A stretch of 64,000 bases of DNA from Escherichia coli (GTDB lineage Bacteria > Pseudomonadota > Gammaproteobacteria > Enterobacterales > Enterobacteriaceae), in the NCBI RefSeq assembly GCF_048403405.1, contig NZ_CP183129.1; one strand, given 5' to 3'. The position numbers were made by a program, and so were the translations under genes. Shown in pieces: positions 34,164 to 41,894 of this stretch; the stretch's first letter is position 1; each line of letters starts with the position of its first letter. The notes under the pieces were generated by a model that was not told the origin of the DNA, ran no database searches, and saw nothing but the letters and a program-made list of their open reading frames with translations.

Positions 34164-34253
34164 ATGAATAAACCCGTCTGTCTTGATGACTGGTTGATTG
34201 GCTTTAAAAGCTTATGCTGTACTTTGACCTTAATAGCTCTGCTAATAATGTAA
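34164..34253 (+). CDS. Candidate 29-aa hydrophobic, Cys-rich small protein
   Basis: A GGAGAG RBS lies 5 nt before the ATG. Translation is [29 protein letters not shown]. It is below the ORF-track cutoff. Confidence 0.3.
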   Translation: MNKPVCLDDWLIGFKSLCCTLTLIALLIM

Positions 34254-34400
34254 TAAGCAAACTCATTGTATCTATGGACATTGTACTGGAAGAAAACATT
34301 TTAAACATCAGGCAAAAAACAAAGTCACCCGATAAATAATAAGTAAACTAACATGAATCCCGTAATGAGATTCAACATCTCTATTACCCTATTTAAAGCA

Positions 34401-34426
34401 CAAAAACCCGCTCATCAGCGGGTTTT
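34401..34426 (-). terminator. tR'-like terminator downstream of pR'
   Basis: Minus strand: AAAACCCGCtgatgaGCGGGTTTTTG, about 50 nt downstream of the pR' -10 element. Confidence 0.75.
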
Positions 34427-34471
34427 CTACTTTTTCTTAACTTCGGGTATACAAAGCCCATCGTTGAAAAA

Positions 34472-34500
34472 ATTTTATCCATATTTTTTGAAAAATGCAA
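34472..34500 (-). promoter_or_regulatory. Late promoter pR' (site of Q action)
   Basis: Minus strand: TTGCAT, 17 nt, TAAAAT. It lies immediately downstream of the Q stop. Confidence 0.7.
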
Positions 34501-34531
34501 GCATCACGTCGCCATCTTCGGCGAAAATCAC

Positions 34532-35284
34532 TTATCTCGTCACCTTTCTCAATTGTGCTTCAGCGTAAGATTCCTCCTGCCAGCACTTTGTAACCAGTTT
34601 ATCAATGACATTTGCATATCCTTTATACCACTGATAATCACTCAGGTCCGGTACCAGCTTCTGGACATGATACCGCGCCAGTGTGGTTGGTAAACGACTA
34701 AACCGTTTTCCATTGCAACGCCCACAAATCTTATAAACAGGTGTGCCATGAAGCCGGGTCCTTTTTTCATCCAGGACAATACCTTTACCCTTACACCCTC
34801 TGCACGCTGTGCTGACTTCTCCCTTACCATGGCAATGCTGACATAGTTCCTTCACCCACTCTTCTTTGATAACAGATTCCCCGCTTCTGGAGTGTTTCAC
34901 CACTTCGCGCAATACATTATGAAATCCAGTACCAGCACAATGCTCACAACGAGCCTTACTTGCCGCAGACCTGGAATAATCAGCAAAGGCAAAATTCACA
35001 AGGTAAGGAATAATCTGTAGCCGGGTTTCTTCACTCAATTTATTCAATGTCGGGTTATCCAGTGCCATCGCGTAATTGAGCAGACCTTCAATCGCAAACT
35101 GAGGATCCTGAACACCAACTTTTGCCAGGAATAAGGCAAACCCAAGCGGTGCTTTCGATTGCACCATCCCCTGCGCAGCCATCACATCCGTAATCGTTAA
35201 ACCACCAGAGCCTGTCGCCGGTGCGTCATCACTCAATTTTGGAGATTTTGGGGAGTAATATTTTGGTAAGGCTTCAAGGTTCAT
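34532..35284 (-). CDS. Late antiterminator Q (QuuQ type)
   Basis: 250 aa. MNLEALPKYYSPKSPKLSDDAPATG... has multiple CxxC zinc motifs and matches remembered QuuQ. Confidence 0.88.
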   Translation of the reverse strand: MNLEALPKYYSPKSPKLSDDAPATGSGGLTITDVMAAQGMVQSKAPLGFALFLAKVGVQDPQFAIEGLLNYAMALDNPTLNKLSEETRLQIIPYLVNFAFADYSRSAASKARCEHCAGTGFHNVLREVVKHSRSGESVIKEEWVKELCQHCHGKGEVSTACRGCKGKGIVLDEKRTRLHGTPVYKICGRCNGKRFSRLPTTLARYHVQKLVPDLSDYQWYKGYANVIDKLVTKCWQEESYAEAQLRKVTR

Positions 35285-35297
35285 GCTCGTTCTCCAC

Positions 35298-36293
35298 TTA
35301 CGCCAGTACGCCTATTGCCAGCGCACGATCGATAAAACGAAATATCAGCTCCAGCTGGGAGCCATACTTCTCTTCAAATGCCACGGTATCCGCATGCAGC
35401 TCGTCGTGATGCTTTCTGCACAAAGGCAACACAAAAAGGTCATGCGCTTTTGTACCCATTCCCCCCTGACCGTGGCCTATCAGGTGGTGGGGATCATCAG
35501 CAGGTTTTCCACAACATGCGCACGGCTGCGTCTTAACCCAGCGCGTGTACTTTTCATTAACCCAGCGGTGACGTTTTGGGCGTAACATAAAAGACTCCGG
35601 CGACTCCGGATCCACTTTCAGCGCCAGCACCTTTTTCGCCTTATCCTGGATGATGCTGGTGGCAGGAACCGAAGGCACAAGGTCACTTTCCCGGGTAACA
35701 GACGGCACAACAGGCTTCGGTAATCTCAGTGCCTTACGGGCTGCACTTTCCGGTAAGGCATCCGCCAGATCATTACGAATCAGCCACCAGCACAGTTCCG
35801 GCATTGTCACAACATGACTGTCATCAAAACCGAGATCCCGACGCACAACAGACAACACCCAGCGGGCACAGTTATCCGTTGCCATTGATTCCAGCCGTTC
35901 CGTGAACTGATCGCGCAGCTGGTTATCGCAGTGCCAGCACAGACGGATTGCGCCCGGAGCGTGTCGCATTGTTGTCATATTCTCGCTGTGCCAGTCGGAA
36001 TGAGGCCACTGGCAGCCTTTTTCACGAAGTAACCAGCTTTCAAGACATTCCACGCCACCAGCACGACGGATCACTGCCTCATTGCGGAACACGGCCCGAA
36101 CGGCAGGATCATCCGCCAGCGGTTGTGATGCCGCCGGAACGGCACCACTGGCGAAAGATGAATAACGTTCCGGCTCAGGCTCCAGCAGGACACGCCCCTG
36201 CATAAACAAGGGCATCAGCTCTGAACCTGGTCTGAACAATACGATCCCCATACGCGGGGCAATTTCAGGGGTCAGTAGTGCTCTCACGGTCAC
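35298..36293 (-). CDS. DUF968 (YdfU-like) protein
   Basis: 331 aa. The C-terminal CACCGKPADDPHHLIGHGQGGMGTKAHDLFVLPLCRKHHDELH is an HNH-like DUF968 signature. Confidence 0.75.
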   Translation of the reverse strand: MTVRALLTPEIAPRMGIVLFRPGSELMPLFMQGRVLLEPEPERYSSFASGAVPAASQPLADDPAVRAVFRNEAVIRRAGGVECLESWLLREKGCQWPHSDWHSENMTTMRHAPGAIRLCWHCDNQLRDQFTERLESMATDNCARWVLSVVRRDLGFDDSHVVTMPELCWWLIRNDLADALPESAARKALRLPKPVVPSVTRESDLVPSVPATSIIQDKAKKVLALKVDPESPESFMLRPKRHRWVNEKYTRWVKTQPCACCGKPADDPHHLIGHGQGGMGTKAHDLFVLPLCRKHHDELHADTVAFEEKYGSQLELIFRFIDRALAIGVLA

Positions 36294-36294
36294 C

Positions 36295-37110
36295 TCAATG
36301 AACGGTATCGAGCAGCTTTAACAGCTCAGGGAATCGGGATTCGAAGAAATGCGGCTGCGTCTCGCGCGGATTTGCAGGACTGGTGATGTTCTTGCCGAAC
36401 ATGCAGCCTTTCGCGGTCAGCGACCAGAATTTTTTGATGTTGTTAATCGCGGTACGACTGTATCGTTCGCGTTGTTCAACGATCCCCAGCTTCGCCATCT
36501 GGTGATATGCCTGATTAGCCGTCAGGCGGATACCATACTGCTTCAGCAGTGCACTCAGCGACAGCGTAGGGCGGCTTGAACCATCTGGCGCATCAGCAGG
36601 TGCATCAATGGCATAGATCGGCATAAGTTCAGGAAGACCAGCTACCTTTGATAATTTCTGGTATGCACCAAGTTTCGAGGAGTTTGACAGATTTAGAGTC
36701 TTTGCTGCTGATTCAAGCAGAATGACCCCGGATTTAATTTTGTCGGATGTGGTTTCTTCTGGTGATGAATTATGAAGCGCATCAAAAGTACGTATCACTT
36801 TTAAGCTGAATGCCGGGCTGATCCACATTGCATATGCATAGACCAGCTCTTTACAGACATACGTCCCACCATTGCGCCCCTGAATGGTGATGACAGGAAT
36901 ACTACGGGAATCTCCCGTAGTTTCTTCTTCCAATAATTCCACAAGAGCCTTCGTTTCAGGACGACGCATAAACTCGTGAACTTCCAGCGAACGGGAGGAG
37001 CGATTCTCACCAGCGGCAAGAAGAGCAGCTTTCTGAAGGTCGTTAAGACAGTAGTTAGATTCGAAGTACTGGCGCACAGAAACGCCATCAATTACAAGCA
37101 ACTGATTCAT
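36295..37110 (-). CDS. KilA-N domain protein (antirepressor-like)
   Basis: The ATG at 37110 follows GGAGAA. The N-terminal pattern ...GGTYVCKELVYAYAMWISPAFSLKVIRTFD is typical of KilA-N. Confidence 0.65.
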   Translation of the reverse strand: MNQLLVIDGVSVRQYFESNYCLNDLQKAALLAAGENRSSRSLEVHEFMRRPETKALVELLEEETTGDSRSIPVITIQGRNGGTYVCKELVYAYAMWISPAFSLKVIRTFDALHNSSPEETTSDKIKSGVILLESAAKTLNLSNSSKLGAYQKLSKVAGLPELMPIYAIDAPADAPDGSSRPTLSLSALLKQYGIRLTANQAYHQMAKLGIVEQRERYSRTAINNIKKFWSLTAKGCMFGKNITSPANPRETQPHFFESRFPELLKLLDTVH

Positions 37111-37272
37111 TGGTTTCTCCACAAATTTTTATCCACGAGCGGGACTGCACTCCCTTTTCGTTGATGCAGGATGAACTTACTGCGATTTTTAATAGTTATC
37201 AAGGATACACTGTTCATAAATACAGTATCTTTAACGAGGTAATACCCAAATTTAGGGTGTTGCTCAATTCCG

Positions 37273-37668
37273 TTACCGAGTTGCTAATTTGCAACTCGCT
37301 TTTTCGTACTTACTGATAGTGATCTCGACCTTCCCCTCCGGGATAACCGGTCCCCACTCCACCAGCATTCTTTTCACCTGACTGTCGTCTTCCCACACAC
37401 CCGCGTGGGTCAGGGCGTCAAACAGCGCCTTGTTATAGTTGTCCAGATCGCGGATCCGGTTATCCGGAGGAAACAACACGATCTCCACTGAAGCAGGTGC
37501 CGACGTTGGTTTTGGCAGACGACGTAACTGCTCAACTATTGCTGCACACGCCGCGCTCTGGAATTTTCGCCCCGCCGCGCTTATCAGGCTCTTACCAGCA
37601 AACGCCCCTTTGTTGGGGTGTCGCCAGTACGTGTTCACGCTGGTCGGAAAAGGCAGGATCAGCTTCAT
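37273..37668 (-). CDS. rusA: RusA-family Holliday-junction resolvase
   Basis: 131 aa. ...PFPTSVNTYWRH...RDLDNYNKALFDALTHAGVWEDDSQV... carries the RusA catalytic Asp motif. Confidence 0.85.
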   Translation of the reverse strand: MKLILPFPTSVNTYWRHPNKGAFAGKSLISAAGRKFQSAACAAIVEQLRRLPKPTSAPASVEIVLFPPDNRIRDLDNYNKALFDALTHAGVWEDDSQVKRMLVEWGPVIPEGKVEITISKYEKASCKLATR

Positions 37669-37991
37669 ACTTTCAGGCCCCTCTCATGTAACCAGTGGGC
37701 TGCACGCAGCCTGGCGTTTTCCTCACCGGCAAGCAGTGAGCGGATAATCCCGACCGCCTCGCTGTCGTCGTCCTTCACCACGGTATGAAGCGTGATCCCC
37801 CGGGCCACACCACGCTTTATCGTGATGACGCCTTTTTTCTCCAGTGCGCGAAGATGCTCCACCGCTGCATTCACTGAACGGTATCCCAGCATGGTTGCCA
37901 CCTCCTGATTGGTTGGCGGGAAGCCACGTTCTTTCTGATAAGAAATCAGCATATCCAGCACCTGCTGCTGGCATTGAGTTAAAGTCGTCAT
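37665..37991 (-). CDS. LexA N-terminal DNA-binding-domain protein lacking the S24 peptidase domain
   Basis: 108 aa. LTQCQQQVLDMLISYQKERGFPPTNQEVATMLGYRSVNAAVEHLRALEKKGVITIKRGVARGI parallels the LexA N-terminal wHTH. There is no Ser/Lys protease part. Confidence 0.75.
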   Translation of the reverse strand: MTTLTQCQQQVLDMLISYQKERGFPPTNQEVATMLGYRSVNAAVEHLRALEKKGVITIKRGVARGITLHTVVKDDDSEAVGIIRSLLAGEENARLRAAHWLHERGLKV

Positions 37992-38641
37992 GCCGCCATC
38001 TCCCTGACCAGTTTTTCCGCCTGCTGGCGAACCTGCGCCAGAAACGCCTCACCACATGCCTCAAGTTCATCGCGCCCGATGTAGCTGATTGCCGGTCCCT
38101 TCCAGGTCTTGTCGAAAACAGCAATAGCACCAGCGAAGAAAGCGCCTGTCGGCACCTGCTTCTCATCTTTCGGGATAAACCAGGCAGGCAGTTCAAAACC
38201 AATACGCCCGCGAATAAAAGCAATATGATCTGCATCTTCCGGCCACCACACTTCGCTGGTGGCAGCTTTGATCAGGAAAACATAGCGCCCGCCTTTATCA
38301 CGCATGGCACTGGCATGTTTCATGATGTAACGCATGCCGGTGATGTATTGCCCCTCATGCTGACTGGCGCGGCTGTATGGGGGATTACCAAAGGCAGCAC
38401 CTTTAAGCTCCGCAAGACGTTCTGACCAGTCATGCGCCAGCGCGTTGTCTTCCGCCGTGTAATACGCGGTACATTTGGCGTTATCACCGTCAGTAAACAG
38501 ATCCAGGACAAACGGGCCAAACAGGGTGTTAATTCCCCAGAAAATGTTATCCGGCGTGCGCCACTGATCGCCCACTTCCTTCAGTTCATGGGCTGGTTTG
38601 TTCCGCAGCTCCACCAGCTCCTGGCAATATTTATTACTCAT
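37988..38641 (-). CDS. Phage N6-adenine DNA methyltransferase (Dam-like, PF05869 type)
   Basis: It has an NPPY catalytic motif (FGNPPYS). The start at ATG 38641 overlaps the upstream stop (TAATG). Confidence 0.8.
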   Translation of the reverse strand: MSNKYCQELVELRNKPAHELKEVGDQWRTPDNIFWGINTLFGPFVLDLFTDGDNAKCTAYYTAEDNALAHDWSERLAELKGAAFGNPPYSRASQHEGQYITGMRYIMKHASAMRDKGGRYVFLIKAATSEVWWPEDADHIAFIRGRIGFELPAWFIPKDEKQVPTGAFFAGAIAVFDKTWKGPAISYIGRDELEACGEAFLAQVRQQAEKLVREMAA

Positions 38642-39129
38642 TAAGCCCCCACGTAATTCCCTGACAGATACCACTCATCACCCGATACAGCGCGCTTGCT
38701 GCTTTTCCGTAAGCACCGCTCACGACGTGCCAGAAAATTGTTTCGTTCTGGCTGGGAGTGGCTTTCACGGAATGCCGCCATCCACACGGTTGCAGCACGA
38801 CGGTATAAGCCCCTGGACTCCAGTTCTTCAGCCTGGCGGGTCAGGCACAAAATCACCCGGGGATCGTTAGTGCCGACATAGAAATTGCGCACAGGTCTGG
38901 TTTCACGAACTGGTTGTGGTTCCGGCTCCTGCGCTCTCTCAGTCAGGCGCGGGAAATGTCTGCGTGTATATCCTTCACAACGGTGAGCCACACGCCCACT
39001 CTGACGTAACTTGCTTGCAGACTGCAGAACGCGCTGCCGTGAGTAACCTGCAAAAGCATCCGCAATGTCTCCGGAAGTACACCCCGGATGGGCTTCAATG
39101 AATTTCTGAACTTCATTCAAAAGACTCAT
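38641..39129 (-). CDS. Putative regulator with a PerC/Pch-like C-terminal domain
   Basis: 162 aa. ...AEELESRGLYRRAATVWMAAF...FLARRERCLRK resembles the PerC-family motif (LE.KGL(W/Y)RRAA.RW...RRR..C). Confidence 0.55.
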   Translation of the reverse strand: MSLLNEVQKFIEAHPGCTSGDIADAFAGYSRQRVLQSASKLRQSGRVAHRCEGYTRRHFPRLTERAQEPEPQPVRETRPVRNFYVGTNDPRVILCLTRQAEELESRGLYRRAATVWMAAFRESHSQPERNNFLARRERCLRKSSKRAVSGDEWYLSGNYVGA

Positions 39130-39131
39130 GA

Positions 39132-39950
39132 TTATCCCCTGAATCCTGCCGGGATCTGGCTGTAGTCCACGTTGTCGTAACTGGCTTTGAAGTACGGGTC
39201 CTCGCGTCTGGCTGCAGATACCGCAGGAACTTCCCAGGATTCTTCGAAATGACGATCCGGACCAAAGAACGTGACAGCCTGTTTCACAAATTGTGTGCCG
39301 CTGTTACCCATCGCAGATACCCAGCCCGCGTAGCGTTTCACACCTTCCAGCATGGTTTCGGGTTTTACCCCCTCATTCAAACGGGCTTTCCAGGCTTTGA
39401 AGGCTGCAGATTTTGAATTGCCACCAGCACGTTTGGGGTATGCCAGCCATGCCTGCTCAAACTCCGGAGAGTATTCCGGTCGGTTTGAACGAACTCGCAC
39501 AGACTCATCAGCAGATGCACCAACAGCTATTGGTTCATTGACTGGTTCTTTGACTGGTTCAAAAGAGTGACTGGTTCTGGGTGAATCTCCTGCACCACCC
39601 CCTGGTGCAACTCCTGCACTACCTGGTGAATTTGCTGCACCAGATAGTGAATTATTTGCACTACCCCCTAGTGAATCTCCTGCACCATCAAGATGAAGGA
39701 GATAGATATTACTTGAGTTACCTTTTTCACCTTTCCGGGTGACTTTTTTTACCAGCCCGGAATCACAAAGGGCCGCAATATGATTCATCACAGAACGTTT
39801 GCTAATCTCGCACTGGTCAGCAATATGCTGGTAGCTGGGCCAGCACTCACCCTGATCGCTGGCATTATCAGCCAGCTTGATCAGAACCAGTTTTCGCAAT
39901 GGATTACCCACTCGAATTTTCATCGCTTTAACCATCAGCTCCATACTCAT
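39132..39950 (-). CDS. Replication initiator (O-like; N-terminal wHTH, internal iterons, DnaT-like C-terminal tail)
   Basis: The ATG at 39950 follows GGAGG and overlaps the upstream stop (ATGA). The wHTH is ...LVLIKLADNASDQGECWPSYQHIADQCEISKRSVMNHIAAL.... The protein ends ...DYSQIPAGFRG. Confidence 0.7.
   Translation of the reverse strand: MSMELMVKAMKIRVGNPLRKLVLIKLADNASDQGECWPSYQHIADQCEISKRSVMNHIAALCDSGLVKKVTRKGEKGNSSNIYLLHLDGAGDSLGGSANNSLSGAANSPGSAGVAPGGGAGDSPRTSHSFEPVKEPVNEPIAVGASADESVRVRSNRPEYSPEFEQAWLAYPKRAGGNSKSAAFKAWKARLNEGVKPETMLEGVKRYAGWVSAMGNSGTQFVKQAVTFFGPDRHFEESWEVPAVSAARREDPYFKASYDNVDYSQIPAGFRG
39580..39687. repeat. Five ~18-bp iterons (candidate ori) inside the O-like gene
   Basis: (G/A)GTG(A/C)A(A/T)NT(C/T/A)(C/G/T)(T/C)TGCAC(C/T)A occurs at 39580, 39604, 39625, 39646 and 39670, spaced 21-24 bp. 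Three GACTGGTTC repeats precede it at 39535-39578. Confidence 0.65.
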
Positions 39951-40183
39951 GCTGCACCTCCGAGATGCTTCATGTTTTTTCCGGAGCAAAAGGCTATAAG
40001 CGGCATACTGATGCGGTAATTACGGCCCAGCGGTTCACAAATCACCTTCTGACATTCACGGTCAACCAGGCTAACACGTAGAACATGCCCTGCAGGCGTG
40101 GTGTACCACTGCCCAACTGTAGGAATTGATGTTTTTTTACGCTGAAGCAAACGGCAAATATTGAGGATCAACGGATTAAGCAT
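39947..40183 (-). CDS. Hypothetical protein (78 aa)
   Basis: Both ends overlap neighbouring genes (8 nt upstream, ATGA downstream). I recognise no family. Confidence 0.5.
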   Translation of the reverse strand: MLNPLILNICRLLQRKKTSIPTVGQWYTTPAGHVLRVSLVDRECQKVICEPLGRNYRISMPLIAFCSGKNMKHLGGAA

Positions 40184-41012
40184 GACGATGCCCTCCGCTG
40201 ATATTCAGGAGACGGTGAATATGAAAATTAGCCTTATCCGCCAGACGAATACGTTCAGCCTGCAAGTTAAGAAGGGTTTCTACCAAAACCTGATGCGCCT
40301 GCGGATCCGAAAGAGTTACCTTGCGCAGAGCACGTAGTGCAGTTGTTACATAACTGAGTTTATGTAAGTCTTCATCATTCAGACGAGTGAGGGCTGGGAC
40401 AGTAGCCATGATGGCAGCCTCCGATAACAGTGAATTACCTTCACCACCGGAAACGCCAATTTCGCTGGTGGTGAACTGAACGGGGTTGGCGTAACCGGCG
40501 TTATCGGAAACCGGCGCACCTTTCGGTGCCCCCGTCCAGCCCACCATAATTTGGGTGTGCACAGACGCAGACGATAAAAAAGACGCTGGCGCGTCATATA
40601 TCGCCGATAACATTTCCAGGACGCCAATCCCGTCACCCGCTTTATAAGGTGCCTGAACAGTGTAACGTCCCGGAATGGCAGAATCAATGTGCTGGTGGTC
40701 CTTCACACTCAACAAAATCACGCCTGAATTTCCACAAAGGACTAAAGCACTCATGCGGGTAGTCTTTGCGAAGATAGATAACGCGCTGTGTTTCTGGTTC
40801 CCAACGAATAACATGGACATAAAGCCCTCTTCCGTCACGAAACCAGCGGTTAAGTTCCCGCACAACTCGCCCCCCACAGTCAGGTAAAGTTCTCTGTGGT
40901 TACTTACAGCCAGGTAATTTGGTAATCTGCATTCATGCCGTAACAACAGGTGTTCAGCGACACTGACCACCAGCTGTTGCGACAAACGGTTATTTGCCGT
41001 TAAACTGTTCAT
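40176..41012 (-). CDS. Hypothetical protein (278 aa)
   Basis: The start overlaps the cII-like stop (ATGA). I recognise no family. Confidence 0.6.
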   Translation of the reverse strand: MNSLTANNRLSQQLVVSVAEHLLLRHECRLPNYLAVSNHRELYLTVGGELCGNLTAGFVTEEGFMSMLFVGNQKHSALSIFAKTTRMSALVLCGNSGVILLSVKDHQHIDSAIPGRYTVQAPYKAGDGIGVLEMLSAIYDAPASFLSSASVHTQIMVGWTGAPKGAPVSDNAGYANPVQFTTSEIGVSGGEGNSLLSEAAIMATVPALTRLNDEDLHKLSYVTTALRALRKVTLSDPQAHQVLVETLLNLQAERIRLADKANFHIHRLLNISGGHRHA

Positions 41013-41572
41013 GCGTTAGTTTCTCCACAGACACAAAACGCCACGACGCCCGGAGCTGCACACTCGCGGGCGTCACTCTTTTCTGGAGCGCAAAAGATTT
41101 TGTAGACCAGTGCTGCATGCTCTTGGAGCTTCGAAATTGACAGATACAACTCATCATTAATTGCTGTCTGCTCGTGTGGCTCCACGACCCCATCTTCGAT
41201 TGCCGAACGAATCTGCTTTGAGTAATTCCCGATCTGTTCGATGACTTCCAGCAGGCGCTGGTTTATATCGGCGTTCTCTACTTCCTCAATTTCAGGAAGC
41301 GATACGAACACCCCACCAGCAGACTGTGCGACAGCATCCGCAATGTAGTGAGTGCCAGCCGCGCGCTGTAAAACCATTGCCCATCCCAGCGGGAAAATCT
41401 GATCGCCATCGGCACGAAGGCGGTTAAATAATGCGTTCTCTGTTACATCCAGCCAGTCAGCTGCTTCAGCGTAACCACCCGGCAACGCTGCGATAGTTTT
41501 TCTGACAGCTTTCACGTACCACTCAGGCTGTTTTTCTACTTTCCAGTGATACTTACCCACGGTTAGCCTCAT
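41009..41572 (-). CDS. Phage regulatory CII-family protein (CP76 type)
   Basis: 187 aa, immediately downstream of cro-like. ...YAEAADWLDVTENALFNRLRADGDQIFPLGWAMVLQRAAG... is as I remember for the PF06892 family. Confidence 0.6.
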   Translation of the reverse strand: MRLTVGKYHWKVEKQPEWYVKAVRKTIAALPGGYAEAADWLDVTENALFNRLRADGDQIFPLGWAMVLQRAAGTHYIADAVAQSAGGVFVSLPEIEEVENADINQRLLEVIEQIGNYSKQIRSAIEDGVVEPHEQTAINDELYLSISKLQEHAALVYKIFCAPEKSDARECAAPGVVAFCVCGETNA

Positions 41573-41603
41573 CGTTCTGTGGTTAAAAATTGAAGGTGTT
41601 CTG

Positions 41604-41804
41604 TTAATCTTTCGGATAGATATCCGGTCTTAAGTCAGATTTCGTAATTGCACCTGACGTGCATTGCTCAAGTTTTTTCGCCAGCACAAAACTGGCTTTT
41701 TTATAACCATTGAAAACCAGCCGTAAGTAGCCAGGTGTTGAGCCAACTTTTCCGGCCAACTCGCCCTGCTGTTCTTTGGTTAAAGAGTCCCAATACGCTT
41801 TCAT
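41604..41804 (-). CDS. Cro-like HTH regulator
   Basis: The internal ATG at 41804 follows GGAGG. The 66-aa product MKAYWDSLTKEQQGELAGKVGSTPGYLRLVFNGYKKAS... is divergent from cI. Confidence 0.75.
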   Translation of the reverse strand: MKAYWDSLTKEQQGELAGKVGSTPGYLRLVFNGYKKASFVLAKKLEQCTSGAITKSDLRPDIYPKD

Positions 41805-41894
41805 ACAATATGTACCTCCGGTATACATATTACATGATTGAAATGAACCTTCAAGATACTTGTACCTTATCGGTACAAAGGTTTTAATTTCGTT
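41805..41894. promoter_or_regulatory. Divergent immunity control region (pR / pRM-like, two 19-bp operator-like palindromes)
   Basis: ATGTACCtccggTATACAT lies at 41810-41828 and TTGTACCttatcGGTACAA at 41860-41878. The minus strand has TTGAAG, 16 nt, TAATAT (41854-41827) reading towards cro. The cI ATG has almost no leader. Confidence 0.6.

Noticed and set aside
32630-34531. Search for toxin or virulence cargo (Stx-type position between Q and the holin)
   Set aside because: This interval contains only csp-family genes, a zinc-ribbon ORF and small ORFs. There are no A/B-toxin-like ORFs or tRNA genes as in Stx phages.
37723-38425. 170-aa minus-strand and 193-aa plus-strand ORFs overlapping the methylase and LexA-DBD genes
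   Set aside because: These are alternative frames with Arg/Gly/Ser-rich low-complexity sequence. The annotated frames carry recognisable NPPY and wHTH motifs and are translationally coupled to their neighbours.
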